Below, one piece after another: positions 48,508 to 57,917 of a DNA stretch of 64,000 nt. The notes under the pieces are model-generated. The model made no database searches. It was not told where the DNA came from and was given only the letters and a program-made list of their open reading frames with translations. The position numbers and the translations under genes were made by a program. This DNA comes from a virus: the IMG/VR virus record IMGVR_UViG_3300044712_000833, positions 1-64,000 of that record; one strand, given 5' to 3'. Within the stretch, counting starts at the first letter, position 1; each line of letters begins with the position of its first letter.

Positions 48508-48915
48508 ATGGCTATTACATATTACAGCGCAAATAGAATTTTAGATTATAACTTCGGAGGAACCTCGTACTCTGTTCCAAGTTCCTTTTACTTTTGTTTA
48601 TCTACAACTACCATCAATATTGATGGATCGGGGGCAACTGAACCTTCGGGTGGAGCTTATGCTAGAGTTGCTTTGACTAATAACAAGACCAACTGGGGCA
48701 ACGCTTCAAACGCCGTACTAACAAATTCAACAGCGGTTCAGTTTGCCGAGTCCACCTCTTCATGGGGTACGATAACTTATGTTTTCTTAAGCGATGCCTC
48801 TTCAGCAGGAAATGTCTGGTATTATGATGCTTTATCACCGGCACGAACAGTCGCCTCGGCAACTACGGTTTTATTCGCTATTGGCGCAATAACCGTTCAA
48901 ATGACAAACAGCTAG
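48508..48915 (+). CDS. tail fibre/baseplate-associated protein
   Basis: EPSGGAYARV...N...VQF...WGTITY. Confidence 0.7.
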   Translation: MAITYYSANRILDYNFGGTSYSVPSSFYFCLSTTTINIDGSGATEPSGGAYARVALTNNKTNWGNASNAVLTNSTAVQFAESTSSWGTITYVFLSDASSAGNVWYYDALSPARTVASATTVLFAIGAITVQMTNS

Positions 48916-48924
48916 GAGTCTAAA

Positions 48925-49413
48925 ATGACTCCTCCTGTCAATCAAAAAACATTCAATTTAGTAAATCGAATTTCCAAATCTTTTGATTTAATAATAGATA
49001 ATTTTGCTTATGCGGCAACATTGTTATTTAGAATAGCTTTTAAGATAACACTTACTTTTTCTCCTAAGTTTTTAATTGGATTTGTATCAATCATCAACTT
49101 AAGAAGAATTAAATTAATTATATCTCAAATGAAACTTCGGGTATCTATAACACAAACGATTAATGCTAGAAGAGTTAGAATTCTATACATAATGAAAGAA
49201 AGAGCTAGTTTATCATTAATCAATTATATTAGATTAAGAATTACAGCGACTACTAAAGCTATTCAAAAAGCAATAACAAATATAATTATTAAAAAGGTTA
49301 CAATTACAGCCGTTCCTATTTTAGCGCAGTTCTTTACTTTGGGTTATTATGATCCCCAAACATTAGGGACGTTAGATGTACTAACTTTAGGTCAAATGGA
49401 TTATACTACTTAG
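48925..49413 (+). CDS. basic Ile-rich tail-module protein
   Basis: C-terminal TLGxxD repeats. Confidence 0.55.
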   Translation: MTPPVNQKTFNLVNRISKSFDLIIDNFAYAATLLFRIAFKITLTFSPKFLIGFVSIINLRRIKLIISQMKLRVSITQTINARRVRILYIMKERASLSLINYIRLRITATTKAIQKAITNIIIKKVTITAVPILAQFFTLGYYDPQTLGTLDVLTLGQMDYTT

Positions 49414-49425
49414 AAAGGAAAATAA

Positions 49426-51207
49426 ATGTCAACAACTACACCTAATTTAACTTTAACTCTGTACGACTCAACGACAGATCAGGTAGTAACCTTTGCGACT
49501 TTTAGAGCGGTATGGGGCGGAACTGCTACAACATCAAATTTTTATAGAATAGATACTTGGGCTGGAACAGTCAATAGCTCAATATCAACTCTTCAAAACC
49601 AAAGGGGAGCAATCACAGTTTCCGCAGCATATATATCAGCGAACTATTATGAAGCAACTGTCTCATCGATTTCTGCATATACTACTAATATGAATATTTT
49701 GTTGAAGTTAGACACAGATTCCAATGGAACAGTTACATTAAACATAAACTCGTTAGGGACAAAATCTGTAACAAAAGTAAATAGTTCTGGTACTATAGTG
49801 AATATTACTGGAGCAGAACTTCAATCGGGAAGATATTATCTTTTTACATATGATGGTACACAGTGGGTTTGGGTAAATGCTACTTCGGCAGATCAAATAT
49901 ATCACGGTGGAACTTCTGGAAATGTTGTTTTGGTGGCTTCTGATGGTGCTATATCAGATTCTTCCACTCCAGCTACAGTCGTTGGAGGAGCTATTTATAA
50001 CGCAACTGCGAAAACAACCCTTGCTGATGCTGATACAGTTGGTATAACAGACAGCGCGGCTTCCAATGTACTAAAGAAAATTACATGGGCTAATTTCAAG
50101 ACAGCTATCGGAACAGCTTTAGGTGCTATAATAAACGCTCTTACTGCAAAAACCACTCCTGTTGGTGCTGATACGATTGTAATTGGAGATAGCGCAAGCA
50201 CATACGCAAGTAAACAGGTTCTTCTTAGTAATTTATACAAGGCTCTTGGTACAGGAACTCCTTCTGCTTCTACTGCCCTTTTAGGGGATGGATCATGGGG
50301 GAATGTATCTGGGAGCAATTATTACAGCCTTTTATCTAACGGAAAGTTTGTTGTTACTGTTTCATCAAATAATCTTACAGTTGCAATAAAGACATTATCT
50401 GGATCAGACCCTAGTTCTGGCAGTCCAGTTGGAGTGATTATTGGAGGAAATAATGTTAGCATCACTTCTGCTTTGTCTGTTACAGCTAATGCCGCAACAA
50501 ATTGGGCTGGAAGAGGGGGAAGCAAGTTTGCTACCATTGAACAAGATTGGTATGTGTATTTAGGATATAACGCCACCGATGGGGTTACAGTAGGATTTTC
50601 CCCAATTCCTTATGCTACACTGTATTCAGATTTTTCAACTACAAGTACTGCTGAAACTTATTGTAAAATATCAACAATCACAAATGCAACAAGTAGTGAT
50701 CCTTATGTAAACATTGGAAAATTTGGAGCTACTTTATCTGCTGGTGCAGGTTACACATGGACAGTTCCTACTTTTACAAATTCAAATATAACTTATTTTC
50801 CGACTCCGTACTCAAGAGTTTTAACTTATGTTCCTACATTAACAAATGTTACAGCTGGTAACGGAACGCTAACTGGAAGATACTATAGAACTGGTCGAAG
50901 AGTTGATTATGATATAACATTTGTTTTAGGTTCTACTTCTTCTGTTAGTGGTCCTGTTACTATGGATTTACCTACAACTCCAGCAAGTCATGGATCAACA
51001 TATCTCACTAGTGGTACTGCTATAATTAGAGATACCGGAACGGCTCTTTTTAATGGCATTACTCCATTAACTAGTGGGTCTAGTGTGGTTTTGTATGTAT
51101 TTAATGCTTCTGGAACATATGGAGTTCAAACAGCAACTTCTTCAACAGTTCCGATGACATGGACAAATACAGATGAGTTTTCTGTTAGTGGCTTTTATAT
51201 AGAGTAA
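49426..51207 (+). CDS. tail fibre / receptor-binding protein
   Basis: T/S/G-rich; repeated AKTT...AD motif; LLGDGSW. Confidence 0.75.
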   Translation: MSTTTPNLTLTLYDSTTDQVVTFATFRAVWGGTATTSNFYRIDTWAGTVNSSISTLQNQRGAITVSAAYISANYYEATVSSISAYTTNMNILLKLDTDSNGTVTLNINSLGTKSVTKVNSSGTIVNITGAELQSGRYYLFTYDGTQWVWVNATSADQIYHGGTSGNVVLVASDGAISDSSTPATVVGGAIYNATAKTTLADADTVGITDSAASNVLKKITWANFKTAIGTALGAIINALTAKTTPVGADTIVIGDSASTYASKQVLLSNLYKALGTGTPSASTALLGDGSWGNVSGSNYYSLLSNGKFVVTVSSNNLTVAIKTLSGSDPSSGSPVGVIIGGNNVSITSALSVTANAATNWAGRGGSKFATIEQDWYVYLGYNATDGVTVGFSPIPYATLYSDFSTTSTAETYCKISTITNATSSDPYVNIGKFGATLSAGAGYTWTVPTFTNSNITYFPTPYSRVLTYVPTLTNVTAGNGTLTGRYYRTGRRVDYDITFVLGSTSSVSGPVTMDLPTTPASHGSTYLTSGTAIIRDTGTALFNGITPLTSGSSVVLYVFNASGTYGVQTATSSTVPMTWTNTDEFSVSGFYIE

Positions 51208-51218
51208 ACAGGAGAAAA

Positions 51219-52811
51219 ATGAATAAAAATTTAATAGTAGAACAAGAAGGAGTATCTGCCTCAAGATTTTTTGAGGCAGATACTTTAGTTTTAAATGGGA
51301 AAAAAGTTTTAGTGGTAAACCCATATACAAATAAAAACAATGTGTTTAAAGGTCAATTACATTGTCACACAAGCAATAGTCCAGATGCAGTTGATACACC
51401 AATAAGTCTTTTACAAGCGTATAAGAATGCTGGATATGCTTTTGTTGTAACAACAGATCATGATTTTATGACATCACAACAAAGTGTTCAAGGAATATTA
51501 CATATAAAAGGTTCAGAAGAAGGTACGGCTGATGGTCATATAATAGCTGTAGGAAATGTGAATACAAAAGAAACAAATGTCTCTCAAGATGTTATAAATT
51601 TAATAAATGATGATAGAGCTTTTTCTGTTATGGCACATCCAGATTGGGTTGCGTTGCCTTTTAGCAATGAAAAACTTTTGGAAATATCTGGATATTATGG
51701 TATAGAAGTTTTCAATTCTTTAGCGAACACATCAAGCGAAGATAGTCAGGAAAAAGTTGATTATGTATTAAGAAATAATATCTGCACTTACCTGATTGCT
51801 TCTGATGATTGTCATAATATTTCAGGTGCTAATTTCAACAAGGGTTGGATATATGTTTATGCAAACGAATTAACTCAGGAAAGTATAATGGAGTCTTTAA
51901 AAAGAGGAAATTTTTATTCTTCAAATGGTGCTAATCTAACTGTAACTATGGACAAAGACACTGTATATGTTGAAACTCCAGATTATTCAAATATAGAATT
52001 TGTTACTCAATATGGAAAATCGAAAATTGAATTGAATGTGAAATCATCTTCGTATAAAATTTACGGAGACGAAAAATATGTTAGAGTAAATGTTATCAGA
52101 ATTTCTGATAATAAAAAAGCATGGTCTAACCCTATACAGGTGTTTTTACAGGGTCATGGGGGAGGAATTGTTTACCAAACAACTCAGGGGGAAGGAAGTA
52201 ATAGTAATTCTTCCACTATAAATTTTGCGACAAATAGTTCAGATATTTTTAGATGTAATAATACATCAAGTAGTGGTTGGGTTGGCACAATTAGTTCAAT
52301 AAATGGAAACGTTATTACCTTCACAACAATCTCTGGAAACGCAAATTCAATATTTCCTGCTTCTCAATTCAACTTAGGAAAATTAAGATTATACAATTCT
52401 TCAAAATCTAATGATTATGTGTTGATAACAAACGGTTCGGGAAATTCTTTGACTTTAGACAGGTCTGTATCTTCAAACTGGTCTGTTGGTCAAACTATAA
52501 CTGCAAATTCTCCATATGTAACAAGTGGAATCCACTATGACATTGAAATAGTTCTCGGTAATCTTTATGGAAAAAGTGGCGGTCTTGTCGAAGCTTATAT
52601 TATAGACTCTCTTGGGGCAAACGCAACATTATATATACATCCATTTGAATCTTTTGCTAACAGCAAGCAGACTCAAAGATTCACTCAATCCTCTGTTTGG
52701 TTTTCTTCTTTAGTAGCTTGTAAAATAAATCAAAATGTTATTTCATTAGCTTGGAAATCAAATGGGTCTGGTACTATGAGCGTTATACTTAGAGAAAGTA
52801 TGTATCTATAA
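51219..52811 (+). CDS. PHP-family (CehA/McbA-like) metallohydrolase fused to beta-rich C-terminus
   Basis: GQLHCHT, TTDHD, GH, AHP, EVFN, SDDCH. Confidence 0.75.
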   Translation: MNKNLIVEQEGVSASRFFEADTLVLNGKKVLVVNPYTNKNNVFKGQLHCHTSNSPDAVDTPISLLQAYKNAGYAFVVTTDHDFMTSQQSVQGILHIKGSEEGTADGHIIAVGNVNTKETNVSQDVINLINDDRAFSVMAHPDWVALPFSNEKLLEISGYYGIEVFNSLANTSSEDSQEKVDYVLRNNICTYLIASDDCHNISGANFNKGWIYVYANELTQESIMESLKRGNFYSSNGANLTVTMDKDTVYVETPDYSNIEFVTQYGKSKIELNVKSSSYKIYGDEKYVRVNVIRISDNKKAWSNPIQVFLQGHGGGIVYQTTQGEGSNSNSSTINFATNSSDIFRCNNTSSSGWVGTISSINGNVITFTTISGNANSIFPASQFNLGKLRLYNSSKSNDYVLITNGSGNSLTLDRSVSSNWSVGQTITANSPYVTSGIHYDIEIVLGNLYGKSGGLVEAYIIDSLGANATLYIHPFESFANSKQTQRFTQSSVWFSSLVACKINQNVISLAWKSNGSGTMSVILRESMYL

Positions 52812-52846
52812 AAAATAGCCTTGCGTAAATGCAAGGCTATTTTTTT
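52810..52846. terminator. bidirectional terminator at strand convergence
   Basis: AAAAAATAGCCTTGC/GCAAGGCTATTTTTT. Confidence 0.85.
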
Positions 52847-52872
52847 ACTATTTTATTTATAAAAGATGTATT

Positions 52873-53298
52873 TTATGTATGTCCTGTTGATCCGAATCCG
52901 CCTCTATTTTGTTCGTTAAGAAAATCTACTTCTTCAAATGTTAATTTTGGTTGTTTTTGGATTATTCTAAATTGAAGGATTCTGTCATTGAAATTTATTA
53001 CAGTATCCCTTGTGGCATAAAAATTAACTCTCCAAACATCATTATTTCCTTTGTAAGATTCATCGATGACACCTATAGAATTGGTAAGTAAAACACCCCA
53101 TTTTGAAAACGTAGATGATCTTGGAGCAATATGGGCTTCATATCCTTCTGGTAATTCCATTGATACCCCTAAAGAAAAAATTTTACTTTCAAACTTTTTT
53201 ATCTCTACTGTTTCTGCGGCTCTTAAATCACACCAATCCCCCTTCTCAATCATAGATAGTTTTTCAATTGGCGCATGATATTTAATTTTAATATTCAA
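52873..53298 (-). CDS. dut: trimeric dUTPase
   Basis: DL, PRSS, GVIDESYKG, RILQ, RGGFGSTG. Confidence 0.95.
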   Translation of the reverse strand: MNIKIKYHAPIEKLSMIEKGDWCDLRAAETVEIKKFESKIFSLGVSMELPEGYEAHIAPRSSTFSKWGVLLTNSIGVIDESYKGNNDVWRVNFYATRDTVINFNDRILQFRIIQKQPKLTFEEVDFLNEQNRGGFGSTGHT

Positions 53299-53674
53299 TT
53301 CTTGTCTCCTTAATTCTCATTATTTCAAAATACGGGTATTCTTCAATTGTATAAAAAACCCATCTAATCCCAAATTTTCGTAATTCCTTCATACAATCTT
53401 TACAAGGCTTTGACAATCCCAAAGAACCATCTTTCTTTTCTCGATATACAAATATTGTTGATCCTTTTATAGATTCTTTTCCGCTATTCTTTAATGCCTG
53501 TATTTCTGCATGAAGACCAGTATATCTTGCTTCAGGATGAGTTTTATACTGATTATGACCTACAGAAACAGGCTTTCCCTTTACTACCAAAACAGCACCT
53601 AATTTATGCCTTGGATGCTGTGATAGTTTAGATATATTTTTTGCTAAACGAAAAAGACTTGGAAAATCATTCAT
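53288..53674 (-). CDS. cytidine/dCMP deaminase-family protein
   Basis: HAE...PCKDC zinc motif; LGAV. Confidence 0.85.
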   Translation of the reverse strand: MNDFPSLFRLAKNISKLSQHPRHKLGAVLVVKGKPVSVGHNQYKTHPEARYTGLHAEIQALKNSGKESIKGSTIFVYREKKDGSLGLSKPCKDCMKELRKFGIRWVFYTIEEYPYFEIMRIKETRIEY

Positions 53675-53680
53675 GTATTT

Positions 53681-53709
53681 AGTATATCATGATTTTATTA
53701 TTTTGTCAA
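53681..53709 (-). promoter_or_regulatory. promoter giving a probably leaderless deaminase mRNA
   Basis: TTGACA-N17-TATACT with TG; ATG 7 nt downstream. Confidence 0.75.
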
Positions 53710-53712
53710 GTT

Positions 53713-55338
53713 TTATAAACCACAAATTCCGTCAGCACATTCTTCGTTTCCTTCGAATACAACATTTTTCTTTGATATTGCAAAATCAAAATCAACAGGA
53801 GTTAATGGTTGTCCTCCTCTACTACCGTCAGCATAACATGTTATTCCTCTTAGTTTTGGAAGATATTTATATAATACCATGCCAAATTTATTATAGTCGT
53901 TATTCCCAAGACTTCCATATGAAGGTAAATTTACAGTAGATGAAATGGCGTTATCAACATATTCCTGTACAAACGCTTGAAAAGCAATCCTTTTTTCAGA
54001 CTTCAAGCTTAAAGAGTGAGCATCTTCAACATTTGATAAATCATATCCTTCTTCGTGAAGTTTCTCTGCCACAAAGTCAACAACATATTGCTTTTTCCAT
54101 CCTTCGGGAGTCAAATATCTTCTCTGATATGCTAATGAAAATATTGGCTCAATTCCAGAAGTGGTTTGTCCTCCAGCAATGCTAATGGTTCCATTTGGGG
54201 CAATTGCTCTTTTCTTAATTGGTTCTTTTACTCCCATTATTTTTGACCATTTTTTAGCAGATTTATCTGATGAATTTTTCCATTCATTTAACCAATTGGC
54301 AAGTTCATCATTCGGTTCGTATTTATATCCTCTGCGAATCAACCATTCATGAAAACCCATTATCCCAAGTCCTGTTCTCATGTTTTTATTCTTAATTTCT
54401 TTTACTTTTGGATGAGGAACATCTGAATAAATTACCCCTAAAATAAGAAATAATTGAGCAAGTTCTGTTACTTCTTTTAATTCCTCTAGAGAATTTATTT
54501 TTGAAAAGTTGACCGATCCTAAACAACAAACATCCGAATCATCTTCTGAAACAATTTCACAGCAAGCATTTCTTAGAGATTCGTTTTTATTTTCATAGTC
54601 GACACTGAATCCGGGTTCTGAATATTTAACCATATTTTCTACCGTCTTCCAGTATACATTATGTGCTAATTTATGATTTGGATTTTCTTTATTATCAAAA
54701 GCATCAAAAAAATCTTTATCTAATATAACTGATATATTAGTCATATCCATTGGAGCAGGGAAATCAAAATCTTTTTCTTTTAATTTTCTAATTTCTTGTG
54801 ACCAATTTTTAATATCAATAAATTCTAAAATATCTCCGTGATTCCATCTCAAACCCGCCCATATAGCCGATCTCCGCTTTCCTCCAGCCATGACTCCTCT
54901 TCCGATTTCATTTATCATTTTCATAAGAGGAATAGCCCCTGAAGAAACTCCCCCGCTTCTCTTCAAAGGAGTGTTTTTAGGTCTTAGATTTGAATAATCA
55001 ATCCCTAAACCCCCACCAGACATTAACATGACAGTTGCTTTCTGTGCAACATCAGCCCATCCTTCGCGGGTATCATCGACTCTTAAAAGAAAACAATTGT
55101 TTGTTTGGTGATAATCTCTTCCTGATTGAGCTAAGAATCTTCCACCCGGAATAAATTTTCTTTCCGAAATCATTTTCTCTATTTTTTCTTTTATTTCTGA
55201 GAAATCATAATTTATATTTTTTGTAACAGAAAAAACGTTTTTAACAACTCTGCTAGATATTTCTTCCCAAGTCTCTTTTGACCCATCTTCTTTATCCCAA
55301 GAATACCTTAACTTCATAATATCGTCTGAAAAACTCAT
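53713..55338 (-). CDS. nrdJ: ribonucleotide reductase, probably class II (B12-dependent)
   Basis: PGGR, NNC, RRSA, NACCE, APNGT, C-terminal CADGIC; no beta subunit in window. Confidence 0.75.
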   Translation of the reverse strand: MSFSDDIMKLRYSWDKEDGSKETWEEISSRVVKNVFSVTKNINYDFSEIKEKIEKMISERKFIPGGRFLAQSGRDYHQTNNCFLLRVDDTREGWADVAQKATVMLMSGGGLGIDYSNLRPKNTPLKRSGGVSSGAIPLMKMINEIGRGVMAGGKRRSAIWAGLRWNHGDILEFIDIKNWSQEIRKLKEKDFDFPAPMDMTNISVILDKDFFDAFDNKENPNHKLAHNVYWKTVENMVKYSEPGFSVDYENKNESLRNACCEIVSEDDSDVCCLGSVNFSKINSLEELKEVTELAQLFLILGVIYSDVPHPKVKEIKNKNMRTGLGIMGFHEWLIRRGYKYEPNDELANWLNEWKNSSDKSAKKWSKIMGVKEPIKKRAIAPNGTISIAGGQTTSGIEPIFSLAYQRRYLTPEGWKKQYVVDFVAEKLHEEGYDLSNVEDAHSLSLKSEKRIAFQAFVQEYVDNAISSTVNLPSYGSLGNNDYNKFGMVLYKYLPKLRGITCYADGSRGGQPLTPVDFDFAISKKNVVFEGNEECADGICGL

Positions 55339-55352
55339 AAAAAACAAACCTC

Positions 55353-56039
55353 CTAAAAATTATATTTTTCTTGCATTAAATCGTTCCATGTTTGATATGT
55401 AAAAGGAACAATTTCTTTAATAATATCTTCAATTGCTTTTGCGTATAATTGAATTTCATGTTGTGCATGTGGATGTCTACGCAACTCTAAAAAATGAAAC
55501 AAATTATGTAAATCAACTGTGGCATAGAAATTTGTGTATAAGAACTGTGGCAGTACCCCTCTTGCTATTTCTCTCGCAACACCAGATTCTATCATGCTTT
55601 CGTATATTTGAACAGCGTCTTCACAAAACATTTTAATAACATCGGAATATTCATCGGAAGATTCGCTGTTCAACAATTCTCCAGTTGACATTTGTTTGTT
55701 ATCAGAAGATTGAATTCTGAATTCCTTTGGTATATAAAACTCTAAATTGTCGCTAGTATATCTTCTTGAAATTTCATTGTAAGACCAAGTTCGATGTCTC
55801 ATCCATTGTCTAGCAATAAAAAGAGGACATTTAATATTGAATGTAAAATTGACAGACTCTAAAGGACTTGTGTGTTTATTCTTCAATAAGTATTCAATTA
55901 GTTTTTTATCCCTGTCAGTTAATGTTTTTGAATAATCATTTCCATATGAGACTCTTGCGTTTCTAACAATGCTTGTATCATCTCCCATACTGTCAATGTA
56001 GTAAACAAAACCTATATTATCTCCTAAAACGTTTTCCAT
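55353..56039 (-). CDS. thyX: FAD-dependent thymidylate synthase
   Basis: RHRTWSYNEISRRY; HAQHEI. Confidence 0.95.
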   Translation of the reverse strand: MENVLGDNIGFVYYIDSMGDDTSIVRNARVSYGNDYSKTLTDRDKKLIEYLLKNKHTSPLESVNFTFNIKCPLFIARQWMRHRTWSYNEISRRYTSDNLEFYIPKEFRIQSSDNKQMSTGELLNSESSDEYSDVIKMFCEDAVQIYESMIESGVAREIARGVLPQFLYTNFYATVDLHNLFHFLELRRHPHAQHEIQLYAKAIEDIIKEIVPFTYQTWNDLMQEKYNF

Positions 56040-56109
56040 AATCCTCCTGAAAATTAAGATATAAATAGGGCGGCTCTCTAAAAGAAAGTCACCCTATTAT
56101 TTTTACTTT

Positions 56110-56295
56110 TTATTCGTCTGGATCAACTTTTTTTGTAAATCCTTCTCCGCGATAAATTATAGACGATGGGAGAATGATTTTTCTTACTTTTGAGCTTCTG
56201 CATTCTGGACATTTTGGTTTTTTATCATCAGAATAAGAAGATTCGTGTTCGAATTGCTTACCGCATTTTTCACATCTAAAATCGTACTTAACCAT
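56110..56295 (-). CDS. FmdB-family zinc ribbon protein
   Basis: YDFRCEKCG..FE...CPEC...GEGF. Confidence 0.8.
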   Translation of the reverse strand: MVKYDFRCEKCGKQFEHESSYSDDKKPKCPECRSSKVRKIILPSSIIYRGEGFTKKVDPDE

Positions 56296-56840
56296 TATTT
56301 CCTCAATTCGTATTTATTTAGCTGATAATAGAAAACGCTTAAGGTATTTTCATGAAATACTTTTCTGTTTGTTGGATCAGTTTGACCCTTTTTCCATAAT
56401 TTTGCTCTGTTCATAAAATCTGATTTATCAATATAACCACAAATCCAAACCTTAGAAAAATCATCTTTTGTAGACATAAAAACATATCTATCAACATTTT
56501 CTAGAGACCTTCGCATTTGATACTCAAAAAACGAAGCTTCAAAATCATCTTTTGGGTCAACTTTTCTATATTTACACTTTACATCCACTTTCATTCCGTC
56601 ATGATGGAAATCAAAAGGAATATCTCTATCTGGAGTTTTTTTGGCAATTGGAAACAGTGATTGATATACTATTTCCCCAACAATCCCCGCCAATCTGCTT
56701 TCCATTCTATCATAAACCGTTCTTGAATTTAAAGAAAGCGAAGAAGAAAATCTTTTTGCAAAAATATCTTTTGCGTAAAAAATTTCATCTTTAGTTGTTC
56801 GATAAAGAAGAAACCCATATTTATCTACTGAAATATTCAT
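56295..56840 (-). CDS. PD-(D/E)xK-like nuclease
   Basis: GE...FDF...VDVK. Confidence 0.5.
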   Translation of the reverse strand: MNISVDKYGFLLYRTTKDEIFYAKDIFAKRFSSSLSLNSRTVYDRMESRLAGIVGEIVYQSLFPIAKKTPDRDIPFDFHHDGMKVDVKCKYRKVDPKDDFEASFFEYQMRRSLENVDRYVFMSTKDDFSKVWICGYIDKSDFMNRAKLWKKGQTDPTNRKVFHENTLSVFYYQLNKYELRK

Positions 56841-56865
56841 TTGACCTCTTTATAAAATTTGTATT

Positions 56866-57018
56866 TTATTTATTAATTCGACGATATTCAGCAAATACGG
56901 CTGATAGCCATCCCCAAGTGCTACCAATCCATCCGTCCTGACCAGTGTGTAGAACCATTACTAAGGATAGAATACAGAAAATAGCGAAAATGTAAATATA
57001 AAAAATTTTAAAATTCAT
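56866..57018 (-). CDS. small membrane protein (50 aa, not in ORF track)
   Basis: MNFKIFYIY...RRINK, bounded by two ATAAAA-N6-TTTTAT sites. Confidence 0.55.
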   Translation of the reverse strand: MNFKIFYIYIFAIFCILSLVMVLHTGQDGWIGSTWGWLSAVFAEYRRINK

Positions 57019-57043
57019 AATAAAATTGACCTTTTATTCATCT

Positions 57044-57340
57044 TTACAAATCGGAATATGACTTAATGGCTTCGAACACCAACCTTATAGTATCATATTC
57101 TTCATCATTTATCATAGATGTTTTTTCTACTCTAAATCCACCACTTGAAATAAATGTTACTCTCTCATCCTTAAGAAAATCATCAACTAATCCAGAAACA
57201 AACTCTCTCAACTCTTCTGTAGATGGAACGTGATAGCCAGTGGGAAGTACAAGTTTCCAATCTAAAATCTCCATTATTTCTTTGGCTTTTTCGAATTTAA
57301 AACCGTCTAATAAATCTTTTTTAATTTTTTCTTTATCCAT
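57044..57340 (-). CDS. hypothetical protein
   Basis: ORF; SSGGF motif. Confidence 0.65.
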   Translation of the reverse strand: MDKEKIKKDLLDGFKFEKAKEIMEILDWKLVLPTGYHVPSTEELREFVSGLVDDFLKDERVTFISSGGFRVEKTSMINDEEYDTIRLVFEAIKSYSDL

Positions 57341-57355
57341 AAAACCTCTATTTTA

Positions 57356-57709
57356 TCAAAACCCAATTAAAGAAAACGCAGAAATCGGAAAGTTACATCC
57401 TTTTATATAGTGATATAACTGAATACTTACTTTTTTGCATTCTCCACAACGCCCTACACCATGAGCCAAACCCCATTCAAAACTACCAAATAAACCATCT
57501 AATTCTGATCCACATTTTGGGCATTTGTTGTCAATTATCCAAACTGCCTTATAATTTGAGAAATCTTCTATTGTAAGATTGCATTTATGTTCTTCATTGA
57601 ATAATTTAAGATTTTCTTCTGAAATCAAAATTCCATTAATTGAAAAATGTTCTTTTCCAAATTCATTACAAGCGACTTCATAAAAAGATTCTAACGTGTG
57701 TTCTGTCAC
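57356..57709 (-). CDS. Zn-finger hypothetical protein
   Basis: CPKC...FEWGLAHG...CGEC. Confidence 0.65.
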   Translation of the reverse strand: MTEHTLESFYEVACNEFGKEHFSINGILISEENLKLFNEEHKCNLTIEDFSNYKAVWIIDNKCPKCGSELDGLFGSFEWGLAHGVGRCGECKKVSIQLYHYIKGCNFPISAFSLIGF

Positions 57710-57903
57710 TGAATTTTCTCCACTTCTCCTGTATATGGGTCTAGTTTTAGATTTCCTTTTACTCTAAAATTATCTGACTTAGATACTTTTTCCCACCAAA
57801 AAGCATCGTCGTATCCCTGCCAAGTAACTACTTTACCAATTCCGTCTATATCAAAAAAGTTCCAAAATAAATCATTACCAATTTGATTGAGTTTAGCTTT
57901 CAT
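57706..57903 (-). CDS. hypothetical protein
   Basis: coupled ORF. Confidence 0.55.
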   Translation of the reverse strand: MKAKLNQIGNDLFWNFFDIDGIGKVVTWQGYDDAFWWEKVSKSDNFRVKGNLKLDPYTGEVEKIQ

Positions 57904-57917
57904 AAAAAATAACCCTT

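Noticed and set aside
49426-52811. Diversity-generating retroelement or invertible fibre cassette
   Set aside because: No reverse transcriptase, no template/variable repeat pair, no inverted fibre copies visible.
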